Shown: in pieces, positions 26,018 through 38,094 of the stretch
Position numbering within the stretch: the first letter of the stretch is position 1
Layout: every line of letters begins with the position of its first letter
Source of the DNA: Podarcis tiliguerta
Taxonomy: Eukaryota
Assembly (NCBI GenBank): GCA_965153285.1
Contig: OZ229116.1
Strand: one strand, 5' to 3'
Length of the DNA: 64,000 bases
Program-made: the position numbers and the translations under genes
The notes under the pieces: model-generated
Databases searched by the model: none
Told to the model about the DNA's origin: nothing
What the model saw: the letters and a program-made list of their open reading frames with translations, nothing else

Positions 26018-26735
26018 TTTAAATCCCTAAATGACTTAGGTCTCAAATATCTGAAAGACTGTCTCCTTTCCTATAGACCCTTGTCAGGTGTTAAGATAAG
26101 CAGAAGGGGCGCTCTTGGTAGTTCCGCCACCCTCAGACGTTTGTGAGAGCGGCCAGGAAGATGGCATTCTCTGTGGCAGCCCTAAGCTATGACATTCCAT
26201 CCCCACAGAGCTGCATCATTATATAGCTGCACCATATGCCTCTTTACCTTTTTTTTTTCTTTTCTTTTTTTTTTTTGGAGCGGGGGAATAACGCCGCCGG
26301 ATCGCTAGTCAGCATCGTTTATGGTTGGAACTACGACAGTATCTGTTAATCTTTGAACCTCCGACTTTTGTTCTTGATTAATGAAAACATTCTTGGCAAA
26401 TGCTTTCGCTCTGGTTCCTCTTGCGCCAGTCCAATAATCTCTCCTCTAGTGGCACAATACAAATGCCCCTGGCTGTCCTTCTTAATCATGGCCCCAGTTC
26501 CAAAAACCAACAAAATAGAACCAGAGTCCTATTCCATTATTCCTAGCTGGAGTATTCCGGTGACCGTACCTTTGACACCTGAGAAGGATACATTTTAGGA
26601 CCCACTAAATTCTTCTGATTGTAAGTAGTTTAAAATTGATCTTAATATTGTATTTTTGCAATGTTGTAACTCACCCTTGTATCGTATGGTGAAGAGCAAA
26701 TAATAATAATAATAATAGTAGTAGTAGTAGTAGTA
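26018..26735 (+). mobile_element. L2 LINE 3' remnant, interrupted by the 18S retrocopy
   Basis: TTAAA.CCCTAAATG.CTTAGG..TATCTGAAAGACTGTCTCC...GGCATTCTCTGTGGCAGCCC.. motifs of L2 ORF2 3' end; tail TTGTAACTCACCCTTG...(TAA/TAG)n. Confidence 0.65.
26249..26566 (-). pseudogene. Processed (retroposed) 18S rRNA fragment with poly(A) tail
   Basis: 26282-26566 is the reverse complement of the central part of vertebrate 18S rRNA (e.g. TTCTTGATTAATGAAAACATTCTTGGCAAATGCTTTCGC, TCCTATTCCATTATTCCTAGCT), with many CpG>TpG/CpA changes. T-tract at 26249-26276; TACCTTT at both junctions (26245 and 26567). Confidence 0.93.
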
Positions 26736-28029
26736 ATTAATGTGAAAGGTAGAAAGGGAAGCTGTGCATGTTTGCTGGAGAGTATGCTGGTATGCTGCAT
26801 AAATAACAGAACCCTTGATTCATGTGAAAAATGACCCTGTAACTCTGCCAGGGTCAGCAAGCCATTCTAATCAACCGAGTCCTTCCAAGTTGTGCAAGTA
26901 AAATGCTTTAATTGTGGTCTTTACTTTGTGCTTGTTACCCAATGCTTCAAAAGCTTCTAGTTTCTGTGATTTTTTAAAAATAAAAAATACGCATTTACCA
27001 CTAAACAAATGTCTCCAGTTACCCCAATGACAGTGGGAGAAAATGGCATAGAAACTGCAGTAAAGATGCAGTATTCAATAAGAGTGAAAAATTAGTAAGT
27101 TAATTACTAAGCATTTGTGTGTGTATGCAGTTTTAAATGACCCCCCCCCAAAGGGCCTGAAGGAAGCCAGTGCAGGTCTTGGAACTGTACGTCTGCTCAA
27201 GAGACAGAGACATGTTGTCCATCTAAGCACTCCAACATCTATTCAGGACCCCTTACACTTTCCTATGTTTCTGCTGCCATATTCCTTGAGCAATTGTATT
27301 ACACCATGCTTGGTATTTGCTTCTGCAAAGGAGTATGTTCACAACAAATGCTTCAAATTACTTTTCTTAAAGTGAATATGCAGCTAAGGTTTCCATGTAG
27401 TTCTTAAGAGAGCTGCTCTTCCTTTTACCAGTAGAAATTCAATTGGTGCAGCTTCAGCACTTGCGAGCTTTCTGGAATTTTAGTCATTCCTAACCCTTTA
27501 AAAGAGGTTATCTCGGGTGATAAAAAGTTGCTGTGCAACAATAGTAAATGACCAAAATCAACCTGCTTATAGGAACACAAGTTACTCTTAAAATCTCCAT
27601 GTGTGTTACATGGCCAATGTAGCTAGGGAATATAAGTATTTCTTAAATACGCCCTTGATTCTTCCTGCTCCAGATGGAAGACAACAGCATCCAAACATCA
27701 GCAATTCACACAAGTTTGGAACAGGAAGCAAACGTTTGCACAAATGGTCTAGACTGGGCTTATATCCCGCCATTCTATACAAGGAGTAGCTAAATGGCAA
27801 CCTCTAACCTCTACAGAATCAACATAATTGACAAATAAACAGGTCAACTTAATATATCTTCTGCTCGTGAAAGGAACCTCTTTTACTGCACTACCTCCCC
27901 GTTTATGGAATGCTCTCTCCAGCATAGGAGCCAATTCTTAGGGGCCGAGGTCCCAATAAAATATTTGAGGGGGTTTGGCCACCCCAAAGTTGATGAGCAT
28001 TGGTGTGTGTCTCACCAGCTCTGTGGTCT

Positions 28030-28130
28030 ACCATCTTTGTCTGAAACCATGGAGAGCAGCTGTCAGTCAGTGTAGCCAATACTGAACTAGATGGACCAGT
28101 GGTCTAAATTATAAGCCAGTTTTCTCTATG
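28030..28130 (+). mobile_element. Squam3-like SINE 3' part
   Basis: TCTGAAACC.TGGAGAGC.GCTG.CAGTCAGTGTAG.CAATACTGA.CTAGATGGACCA motif. Confidence 0.55.
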
Positions 28131-29279
28131 AAGGCAAGAAGTGTCTGACCCAGGCACAAATTTGTCCGTCCATACCCTTTTAAAGCTCTGTTCTGTGATC
28201 TTTTCACACAGTGTCCTTTTTAAAGTATTTCTACCCTAGGCGTCTTTAGAAAATGACCATCCCTTTAGCCTTGCCCTTTTCAACTCTGAGAGAAAGAGAG
28301 AACCAGCAGACTACAAACCCTGAAATTTGGGGTTGCCTCCAAACCTGTGCCAAAGTTTTGCATTTTGTAGCAACGACCCCCCCCCCACGCACGCATTTTG
28401 CATAGTTTGTAGTTAATGGATCTGACAAGCAGAAAGGGATTGAGAAGCTGGGGTCTGGGGGAGCGGAGCAGCGATCTGGCTTCAGCCCCATTCCAGTATT
28501 GTTATTTTTCCTGTCATGTTTTTTGGGGTCCAGCTTTCAGTTATTTTCCTTGCAGCAAGGCAGGAAGACCAAGGCTGGAAAGAATACAGCTCATATGTCA
28601 TCAGCAGTTTCTTGGCCGTGGCACTTGGCACTGGTTTGAAGGCAAGAAGTGGGTGAGGCCCAGCTGCAGCCAGCAAGGAACAAGAGGGAAAGATTTCAAT
28701 CTGACTCAGGCTTTACCAGCCTCACCCCCTCCTCCCATTCTATCCTCCCCAGGGAACGCTGACTACAATATCACACAATTGGCTTCTTTCTCCATTCTTC
28801 AAGGAACCTGCTCTTCTGAAGGCCTGTCTGCTTTCTCGTCAGCCTCTCTCTGCTTGGAACTCACCCAGAGGAACTCACCCTCCCAAAGGTTCCCAAATAT
28901 CCAATTAAAGTTCAATTAAAAACCCCAAGTAAGCAGCTTAAGAGCATAACAAATCCCAGCTACTGCAATGTACCAACTAAAGTTCTGCTACCACAAGTTC
29001 AAACAGAAATGCAGTAAGGATGGAACAGATTTCCCCCCTTTTAGGTGTAGGAGTTTTTGAAATGAAGCCCTCAAAAGGTAAAGTCAAGTGTGATCTCAGC
29101 GGCAAACCCAGCTTTCTTGATGACATCAAATTGTTCAGGGAGGTAAGGACAAAAAGGAATTCCAAGGAATTCCAAAAGGCTTTCTTTAAACTGGGTTAAT
29201 AGGCATTAAAATTGCAGGTGTGATTCTCTGTCAGCAAGTGTAAAGGGAAACACACTGGGACACCCCCCCCCCCTAATTT

Positions 29280-30010
29280 CACATTTATGCTAATGGGATC
29301 TGAAATGGTGGCAACTGACAAGGAAAGAGATATTGGAGTTGTGAGGGACAGATTGATGCAAATGTTGGCCCAGTGTGCAGCAGCTGTGGAGGAAAAAGTG
29401 AATTCAGTGTTAAGAACCATTAGGAAAAGGATAGAAAAATAAAACTGCCAATCTCATAATACCGTTATACAAATCTATGGTGCAGTCACACTTGGAATAC
29501 TGTGCACAGTTCCCATCGCCCAACCTCATGAAGGATATTGTAGAGCTGGAAAAGGTTCAGAAAAAGGAGGACCACAATGATCAAGGGGTTGGAGCAATCC
29601 CTAAGAGCAAAGGGGCATGAAATTATGCATGGATTGGAGAAATTGGATAGGCCTCCCTCATAATACTAGAACCCAGGACCATCCAATGAAACTGAATGTT
29701 GGAAGATTCAGGACAGGAGAAATGAAGTACTACTTCACAAAGCACATAGTTAAACTGTGGAATTCTCTCCCACAGAATGCAGACGTGGCAGTCAGCTTGA
29801 GTGGTTTTAAAAGAGATTTCACTAGTTAATGGAGGATGAGCCAAGATGGCAGTGTACTAGTGCCAGTATGCTAGGGAACATGAGTGGAGAAAGTGATATT
29901 GTGCCCATGTCCTGCTTTTGACTTCCAATGGATATCTGATGGGCCACTGTGAGAACAGGTTGCTAGACTGGATGGACTTGTGATCCAATAGGTCAACTCT
30001 ACATCCTCTT
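29280..30010 (+). mobile_element. Degenerate CR1 LINE 3' portion
   Basis: Encodes remnants QCAAA, PLYKSMV..HLEYCAQF, KLWNSLPQ homologous to the CR1 ORF2 C-terminus, followed by 3' UTR. Confidence 0.8.
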
Positions 30011-32023
30011 CTTTTTTATTTAATTTATTACCCACCCTGTTTTGTTTTTGATCATTTGTGTTGCTCATCACATGATTTCCTGGAGTGATTGGTTAGACCT
30101 CCCATCTTCCAGACAAACTTTTGAACATTGTCAGTAATAAATGTAGCCTTATATGTATTTAATTTATTTATTAAGGCAACATATATCCCACATAGCAGTC
30201 AAGGGAGCGATCAAAATCTAAGGAAAATGCAAAAAACAAAAACAAACAAAAACAAAAACAAGAATTCTAGTCCATAATACTTTTTTTAGTTAAGGTGAAC
30301 TGATCAGAGCAAACACTAAACAATCTAACAAGGACAAACAAGAAGAAAGGTGTGTAAACCGTTGCAGCTAAGCTGTTAAACTTATTGACATTTCTCACAA
30401 TCCCCCAAGGAAAACATTGGAAAACCTCTGCTAATGAAAAGTGGAAACAATTTGTGTACAAGCAAAATACTCATGCCTGGGCAATTCCCATTGCCAACAA
30501 TAATACTTTACTTCCTATTTATGCCATATAGTGCACAGGATAAAAACAAGTGACATTATCCAGCAATGAACAAATATGTCATTTTGAATCCTTATTATAT
30601 TATCTATGAACTGGGTAGTCCACACTGGCAGAAAGCAAACAAATGCACAGCAGCCTTTAATACAGGGAGGGGAACCTTAGGACTGGGCTTCTGTTTCCAT
30701 TAGGACTCTCCCCAGGTCACGCACATACACAGCCACACCCTTCACTGGCCCACCCTCACAACTTCCTCCAGTGTTTCTCCAAGCTGGACTCTGACAATGC
30801 CTGTTGCCTGCCTGCCTGGAGGACAGAGAAGCATGTCTCTCTGTGTAGAACTTTGCACTTGTTGCTCCACCCACTTTTCTCTCTGGTCCCACCCACCACT
30901 ATCATCTCCCTCCCTGAAGGTTGCTCAGAATGTACCCTCAGGCTGAAGAGAGTTCCCTACTCTGTTTTCATTTATCTAAAGAAAGCACTTGTCTCAGTAA
31001 CCCACTGTAGGTATTATATAGTTAAAGTTGCTCCGTCCATATATCTTAATTGGTCCTTTTGAAGCTTTACTGTTACCTAATAATGTTGGTCCTAGACCTT
31101 GCCTGCCTTCAGATGAGAGGGTGCCTTCCACTCATCATAGGGACTGAGATCCAGTAGAAGTTCCCACTAGAAGAAAAGGAAAGGCCATTTTCACTGTTTC
31201 CCCCTGCAGCCCCATTGATCCTAACCCTCCAGAGCAGTTTTTCATGAGTTACTGGGGGCTACAGGAAGAAGAAAGGGTAAAAATTGTTTCACTTCCTTCA
31301 TCTGGGGGGAGTGTCCCATGAGTGGTGTTCTTGGGAATGCTCGATCTAGAGCTAGATCTCTGTGTGCATGTTTTCTGCGTAGTACATGGCCTCTTAAAAT
31401 AATGCTTCCCTTCCATAAAACATAGTGGGTGCTTCTTATCACATAAGCCTCTTGCTCCACAGAGTTGATGCCCGCAATGCATCGTAATCAAGAGAACCAC
31501 CCAGGCAGTCAGGTCCCATTGTTGGCTATTGGTGGCAAAGAACAGTGAGCGTGGACCATTCCATGGGAAAGTTCTGACTGCACTTGTGACACTCACTTAA
31601 AATGTCAATCCGGCAAGCCTGTTGTGGGTCGACTTACTTAAAGTGTTACTGAAGATTTTCCTAATGACAAGCACAAAGGAGCACACTTTGTTCTCAAATA
31701 TGCGTAATTAGAACAATTTACTTGTACTGTGCTTTCAGAGGTGTTTGTACAGGACAGGAAGAGTTATTAGACTTGTACCTCACAGGTGCAATAACCGCTT
31801 TCTATGTGCTAAGGAGGGAATGGCTGTGAGTGCCAAAGACCTGGGGCACGGTCTGAATAAAGTGCAATGGTGTACAAGTTCTGCCCACTGAGTCAAGATA
31901 GGATCAGTCCTCCTAAAAGTCAACTCATTGCCAATATGCCTGTAGAAATGGAGCCCAATCCAGGCACTAAGAAGCAGGCTCAGAGGAAGCCTGAAGTTTG
32001 CAGAAGTGCATTGGGGGTGGGAG

Positions 32024-32028
32024 ACACA

Positions 32029-32059
<31 letters not shown>
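32024..32059. repeat. (CA)n microsatellite
   Basis: Visible dinucleotide run. Confidence 0.95.
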
Positions 32060-32063
<4 letters not shown>

Positions 32064-32624
32064 TGCAATCAGCTGCAAATTTCCTCTGATTTAGATTTAT
32101 GTTTCCATGCTTCCCACCACCACTTTCTCTCGCTGTGGTCATTTTTGCCTGCAGAATGCTGAAAACTCTGGATTTCTACCAATATGCTGGCTTCATAAAA
32201 TTCATCATTCTAATCAACAAACCCCATTAAGATTTTAAAGGAGAAAGGGCCAAGGCCAAGGTCAAGCCATGCATACTGAACAGGACTAAACTTCATGGAC
32301 ATGAATTGCTAAATTGCTAACTCACTCCATTGTTTCCAGCAGTGCCCTCTCAAGCTTCAGCAATAATTCAGCTATGAAATAAACAGGCCTGATCAGATAG
32401 CTACAAAAATTAGATAAAGCACACAATAGCTGCAAAGATATGGGCATTTCATCAGGGGCCGTATATCAGTTTCTTCCTGGTGTTAGTTCCTTGCAATTTC
32501 TCTTTCTTAGCGCCTCACATGAGTATCAGGAAGAACATGAAATGCAGCAGAGGCATTTATAACGGGACCATTTCCCCCCCCTCAGTAGTAGACATAGAGG
32601 CACAAATATCTGAGCAATAGCAGT

Positions 32625-33380
32625 TCATAAGAACCTAAGAGCTCTGCTGGATCAGACCAAAGTTGCATACCAGTCAGCATTCTGCTCCCACAGTGGTCCA
32701 TCAGATGCCCAAGGGAAGCCCAGCAGCATGGCATGAGCACCATAGTGCTGTCACCCAACAACTGGTACTCTGAGGTGTCCATATATAGCCCTCATGATAG
32801 GTAGTCATAGATAGCCTTATTCTGTACGAATTTGTGTAAGGTAAAGGTAAAGGGACCCCTGACAATTAGGTCCAGTCGTGACCGACTCTGGGGTTGCGGC
32901 ACTCATCTCGCTTTATTGGCTGAGGGAGCTGGCGTACAGCTTCCGGGTCATGTGGCCAGCATGACTAAGCCGCTTCTGGCAAACCAGAGCAGCCCACAGA
33001 AACGCCATTTACCTTCCCGCCAGAGAAGGTATTTATCTACTTGCACTTTGACGTGCTATCGAACTGCTAGGTTGGCAGGAGCAGGGACCGAACAACGGGA
33101 GCTCACCCTGTCACGGGGATTCGAACCGCCGACCTTCTGGTCAGCAAGTCCTAGGCTCTGTGGTTTAACCCACAGCGACACCCGCATCCCTATGGCTTTG
33201 TATAAGGCCCTCTAATAAAGGGCATCCAAGTAGGTGGCCATCACTACGTACTGTGGCTGTGAATTCCATTGTTTACATATGTACTATGTGAAGAAATTCC
33301 ACATTCCTTTTGTCTATCCTGACCCTCCCACCACTGAATGCTATAGGATGGGTTCTAGTGTCACAGGAGAAGGAAAACAT
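32625..33380 (-). mobile_element. Degenerate CR1 3' end split by a Sauria SINE
   Basis: CATAAGAAC.TAAGA tail plus CTGCTGGATCAGACCAAAG 3' UTR on the left; GTGGCCATCACTAC...GAATTCCAT...TATGTGAAGAA on the right of the SINE, antisense to 29700-29830. Confidence 0.65.
32838..33190 (-). mobile_element. Sauria SINE, full length
   Basis: Reverse complement of the 25272 copy; (TAAAGG)n tail at left and ...CCCGCATCCC at right. Confidence 0.95.
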
Positions 33381-33489
33381 TCAAGTTATGTCTGGGTTAG
33401 TGTGCAGCTGCTGTGTGAAGACATTTGGTCAGCACCGATCAGTGCAAAATGCTGTAGCTGGATAATCTGCAGGAGTAAGGTGATCACAT

Positions 33490-33650
33490 AATATTATTCC
33501 AATCTTATTTGAGCTGCACTGGCTCCTTATTTGTTTCTGAGCACAATGTTAGGAGCTAGTTTTAACATTTAAAGCCCTAAATGGCTCAGGCAACTTAAAG
33601 GCTTACATTCTGCTCAGCATCTGAGATTCTTCTTCAAGTAGGCTATTGCT
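33490..33650 (+). mobile_element. L2 ORF2 remnant
   Basis: Translates as PIL.ELHWL...F.A....LVLTFKALNG, the LHWL motif region of L2 ORF2. Confidence 0.6.
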
Positions 33651-34180
33651 ACATGAGGAGTGGAGAGACTGCGTGAAGAAGAAAGTCAGCAGGCACAAAT
33701 GGGAGGTGCTTAACTCCTTGCCTACCTGCAAACCTACACCTGGGCATTTCCAGGAGCGAATTAATGGACATTAAGCATCCTTTCCTCCCTACTTGCCAAT
33801 CCTCCCTTCTACTCCTACATTGATGTCACTCCAGCAAACATGTCTGAATATAAGCACTTCTATCCAGACGTACTGTCTGCTGCAGCCATTTTTGCAGTCA
33901 GCCACACCTCTTACAGCTTACCATGAGACCACCTCCTGCTGCAGTTTGTAGCTATGTGCACACACTGACGTTCTTCCAAGCAATCCCATATGCAGGCAGC
34001 ATTATGTGCAGACAAAATCACATGTGAGAACAGCCCCTGATTTAAATAGCAGCAGCAGCAGCCATCTCCTGAGTTGGCCACTGTCGTAATGTGGGGAAAT
34101 TGTCTTTATTGTTGTTTTAAAAATCAGCATTGGCTCTGCTTTTACCCAGCTCTTTTCTAGCATTTTGAGCAGAATTCTTA

Positions 34181-34220
<40 letters not shown>
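34181..34220. repeat. (TAAA)n microsatellite (probable antisense L2/SINE tail)
   Basis: About 10 tandem TAAA units. Confidence 0.95.
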
Positions 34221-35151
34221 AATCAGATTATTTTCACAACCACTGAACTAAACTAATCCTGAATCTGGAGGTTCTGAGAGCACATGGGTCTGAATTTGTT
34301 CTTGTTATTTTATTTCAAGTTCTTTCATTGTGGAGTTGGTTTTGTTTTGTTTTTAACAGCAGGTCTTAATTACAAAAACAAGCATAGGACACAATTTAGT
34401 GCTAGAACTGAGCAAGTGTAGCAACTTCTATAGCTATAATACTATAATACTAACTTGTGTTATTTTTCTCCTTCTGCACCTTGATCTTCTGGGCTAATTG
34501 ACATACAGTGTGGCTTTTCAGCATGAATTCGACTTGCCAGCCATACTCAATTTAGCTTAATGTCCGTTTAACCCTATGTACACAGTGGTTCCCATTTAGC
34601 CGCTCCAAAAGCCTCACTATCCTGCCATCTTGGATTCTTTGCAAGCTTTTTTGATATTGTATATGGGACTGCATTGTATTTACAAATAAGAAAGTGGGTT
34701 GAAAAGATAGGCAGGCTTATACTGCAGGACTTACGCTCCTTTGGTCTCCCTCTGTCCACAAAGCTCGACTCTAGTTATGCTACTGCACTTATGTTCAATC
34801 AAAGAGAAGCGGCTGATAACCAAAGCAAGCATACTTCAAGAGGCGTTTTGCATCTAGTTAAGATGTAGAGGCATCTAGGACCTGCTGTCTGCTAGAGCTT
34901 GTTGTACATGATCAAACTCTTCCTATCACCTTGAGTAAATCATTCTATTTGCATTTCTTGCTGATCTTATCAGGCAAACAGGTTAAGCATTCTGGAATTC
35001 CATAGACTTTCTAAGAGGGTTCTCTCAAGACCTGATCCAAAGCCCTTTGATGTTAATAGAGTCTTTCCACTAGCTTCAGAGAACTTTGCCTGAGGTGATT
35101 AAAATTTACTTCTACAAAGGGATCAGTGCATGGATAAGAGATGGTTTAAAT

Positions 35152-35262
35152 CAGGGGTGAGAAACCTGTGGCCTTCCAGATGTTGATGGACTCCAAGTCC
35201 TGTCAGCTCCAGCTGGCATGGCTAATTATGGAAGTTGTAGTCCGAAATGTTCCTCACCCCTA
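35152..35262. mobile_element. Palindromic hAT-derived MITE
   Basis: TIRs CAGGGGTGAGAAAC / GTTCCTCACCCCTA; 7/8 TSD GTTTAAAT / GTGTAAAT. Confidence 0.75.
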
Positions 35263-35339
35263 GTGTAAATATCTCTGAGCCTACCGCAGCTACTTTTCTT
35301 TGGAATGGCAGAAAATTTCCTCCTACACTTCAACCTACA

Positions 35340-35830
35340 AGCACATCTATTTAGCAGACTTCAGTAAGGCTTTTGACAAAGTCCTCTATTATATTGGACG
35401 GGGGTAGGGGGTTATTGGTTTGTGGTTTTGTTGTTGAAGGGCAGTATACAAATTTAATAAATAAATAAATGTTCTTGCAGAGAAGATGGTGAAATGTGGA
35501 CTGGATGAGGTAACTGTTAGGTGGGTTTGTAGCTGGTGGACTGACCCAACCCCAAGAGTGTTCACTAATGGTTCCTCATCATCCTGGAGAAAAGGGACAA
35601 GTGGGGTGCCATCCTGGGGCCATTGTTGTTTGACGCCTTTTCAAGCAAGGAGCTTCCGATATCAGGAATAACTTTCTGACAATAAGAGCTGTTTGAAAGT
35701 GAAATGAACTCTCTCGACAGGTTGTGGATTCTTCCTAGGATTGATGATCACCTGTCATGGTTGCTTTAGTTGAGATTCCTGCATTGGACTCGCCTCAGGG
35801 TCCCTTTCAACTCTACATTTCTTTGATTCT
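35340..35830 (+). mobile_element. Internally deleted CR1 LINE fragment
   Basis: DFSKAFDKV RT motif (~35357-35383), then KMVKCGLDEVTVRWV...VTSGVP-like segment joined directly to a CR1 3' end (CCCTTTCAACTCTAC...TGATTCT). Confidence 0.8.
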
Positions 35831-36307
35831 GCTGCAGGGAAGTCTGGACCTAACTCCATCATTGTCAGGATAGCAGAGTGCTTTGAAAGAGCCTTGAGCA
35901 ACTTAGCATAGATATTTTTCATGATCACCAGGTTACCCACCCTTCTGTTAAGCACTCTGCTCTACTCACTGTCCTAATGGCTAACAGGTGATGGTGGTTC
36001 TTCAGATCACTTATGGCACAATGCTTTACATGTCTACTCAGACCTTCTGAGTTTTGCAGCTTCATTCTAGATAAATGGATCTAGGATTGCAGCCTGAAGC
36101 AGAAGGTTGATTGTGATCCTGGAAAATCCCCCATTGAAAAGATCAATCCTCTTTCCATTTCGAATGAACAGACCTGCGTAGGCCAGGTGGGTAGAATTTG
36201 GATTTAAGGTCCTACTGCTCTCTTCAGCGGGAGCACTAGCTGTCAGATTTGTTTTTAGCTTCAGTTGTTCATATTCTTACAACAGCCCTTCATTCTTCAA
36301 ATGGATA

Positions 36308-36868
36308 CAGTGGTACCTCGGGTTACAGATGCTTCAGGTTACAGACTCCACTAACGCAGAAATCTCGGGTTAAGAACTTTGCTTCAGGACAGTGGCGTAG
36401 CGTGGGGGTGCAGGGGGGCCAGCCGCACCGGGCGCAACATCTGGGGGGGGCGCGCTAGCACTTGCAGCTCTCTGCCCCTACCTGGCTCACTCACTCTCTC
36501 TCACTGCAGTGCTGGCTGTGTGAATCTGATCCGAGCTGCCGGGTCGCCGCCCACTGTGGAGGAGAGGGTGCCAGGCATGCAGTGCGGTGCGGAGAGAGAG
36601 CGAGGGAGTATCTGGGGGAGGGACAGTGCAGGGGGGGCACAAATTACTTGCCTTGCCCCGGGTTAGGGGGCGCAAATTACTTGCCTTGCCCCGGGTGCTG
36701 ACAACCCACGCTACGCCACTGCTTCAGGATGAGAACAGAAATCATGCTCTGGCGGCACGGCAGCAGCAGGAGGCCCCATTAGCTAAAGTGGTGCTTCAGG
36801 TTAAGAACGGTTTCAGGTTAAGAATGGACCTCCAGAATGAATTAAGTACTTAACCCGAGGTACCACTG
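36308..36868. mobile_element. Tigger/pogo-like MITE interrupted by a hAT element
   Basis: TA-flanked TIRs CAGTGGTACCTCGGGTTA / TAACCCGAGGTACCACTG; the body is contiguous once 36390-36729 is removed. Confidence 0.92.
36390..36721. mobile_element. GC-rich non-autonomous hAT element nested in a MITE
   Basis: Perfect 17-bp TIRs CAGTGGCGTAGCGTGGG / CCCACGCTACGCCACTG; perfect 8-bp TSD CTTCAGGA (36382-36389, 36722-36729). Confidence 0.92.
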
Positions 36869-37961
36869 TATTGTCACAAAATTTTTAAAAAACTAAGATT
36901 CCCCCTTCTAAACAACAACAAACCAACCAACCTTAAGTGCAGCAAAGCAGTGCAAGAACAGAGCACTACTACCCACCCTCTGGCTACATTCCTGAGTGAT
37001 CCTAACAACATGTTTTAAGATCTACAATTACTAATTATTTGTTTTCTTTTAAATGTGCAACATGCTCTTTATTAAATAGCATTGAAGAACAGAGCATGAA
37101 ATGTATCCTGGCTTACATCGTTAACTTCAGGCGTTAATGAAATCCCCTGAGCTGCAATTGGTCTTGATGCTCCTGCTTGGGAAATCCTTTTAAGTAACTG
37201 TTAAAGCAATTAAGCTGGTGTCCTCGATTTAATCTTTTCAGGTTTAGCCGTGGCACTGAGTCACACCAATCTTCTAGGTTAGACAGGAAAAGAATTGACG
37301 TCATTTCAAAATGCCACTGCGTAAATATCCCTGAAAAAACATGGCAGCTCAGTATACACAGTTGGGTAATCAATTGCTATGAATAATGGATTTTTTTGAA
37401 CAGGTGAGCTTAGGGAATTTCAACCATTATTAAACTATTTTTAAAAAGACACACTTTCTCTGACATAACACATTTAACTCACTTAGCAAGATGTTTCCTT
37501 TATCCAGAAAATCATTGCTCCTGTTAGGAATGATCATTTGGCACACGCTATGCTCAAGGGACAAATAGGGTAAGGGATGTTTCACACAAAGAGGCTTCAA
37601 TAGATAGGCAGTAATGACAGCCTAAGGCTAAGGAGCATAAAAATAAATGTTACCTTTTAACCTTGAACAATTAAACCTGTTTTCTAACAAAATAGTCAAA
37701 GCAGATGGTGAGATAACCAGTTGGGAACTTTTACTTCTACTGCCTGCCCCCTGCTTTCTTCCATTTTTTTTTTCTTAAGAAGCAAAACAACAAGGCAGTT
37801 AGAATTATGTTTTGTTCCAGAACACCTTCAGTTCCTTCCAAGAGGCTAGAGATGAAGCTGAACTACAGGAGGATCATTGCTGTGACTGGGGGAAATGTGC
37901 CCATTGCCACAGCATGTCTTGCACCTGTGAAACGTGAGGGATCTTTTAGCATTTTCTATGG

Positions 37962-38094
37962 CAGGCATACCCAAACTCGGCCCTCCAGATGTTTTGGGAC
38001 TACAACTCCCATCATCCCTAGCTAACAGGACCAGTGGTCAGGGATGATGGGAATCGTCCCAAAACATCTGGAGGGCCGAGTTTGGGGGTGCCTG
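37962..38094. mobile_element. Palindromic hAT-derived MITE
   Basis: Long inverted arms CAGGCA..CCCAAACTCGGCCCTCCAGATGTTTTGGGAC; 7/8 TSD TTCTATGG / CTCTATGG; a half copy lies at ~61650-61730. Confidence 0.88.

Noticed and set aside
26282-26566. Functional rRNA gene
   Set aside because: Only ~285 bp of 18S, mutated at CpGs, A-tailed, and with no flanking rDNA unit.
32832-33215. Similar ORFs at 32832 (+) and 43201 (-) as a paralogous protein family
   Set aside because: Both are antisense readings of Sauria SINE copies.
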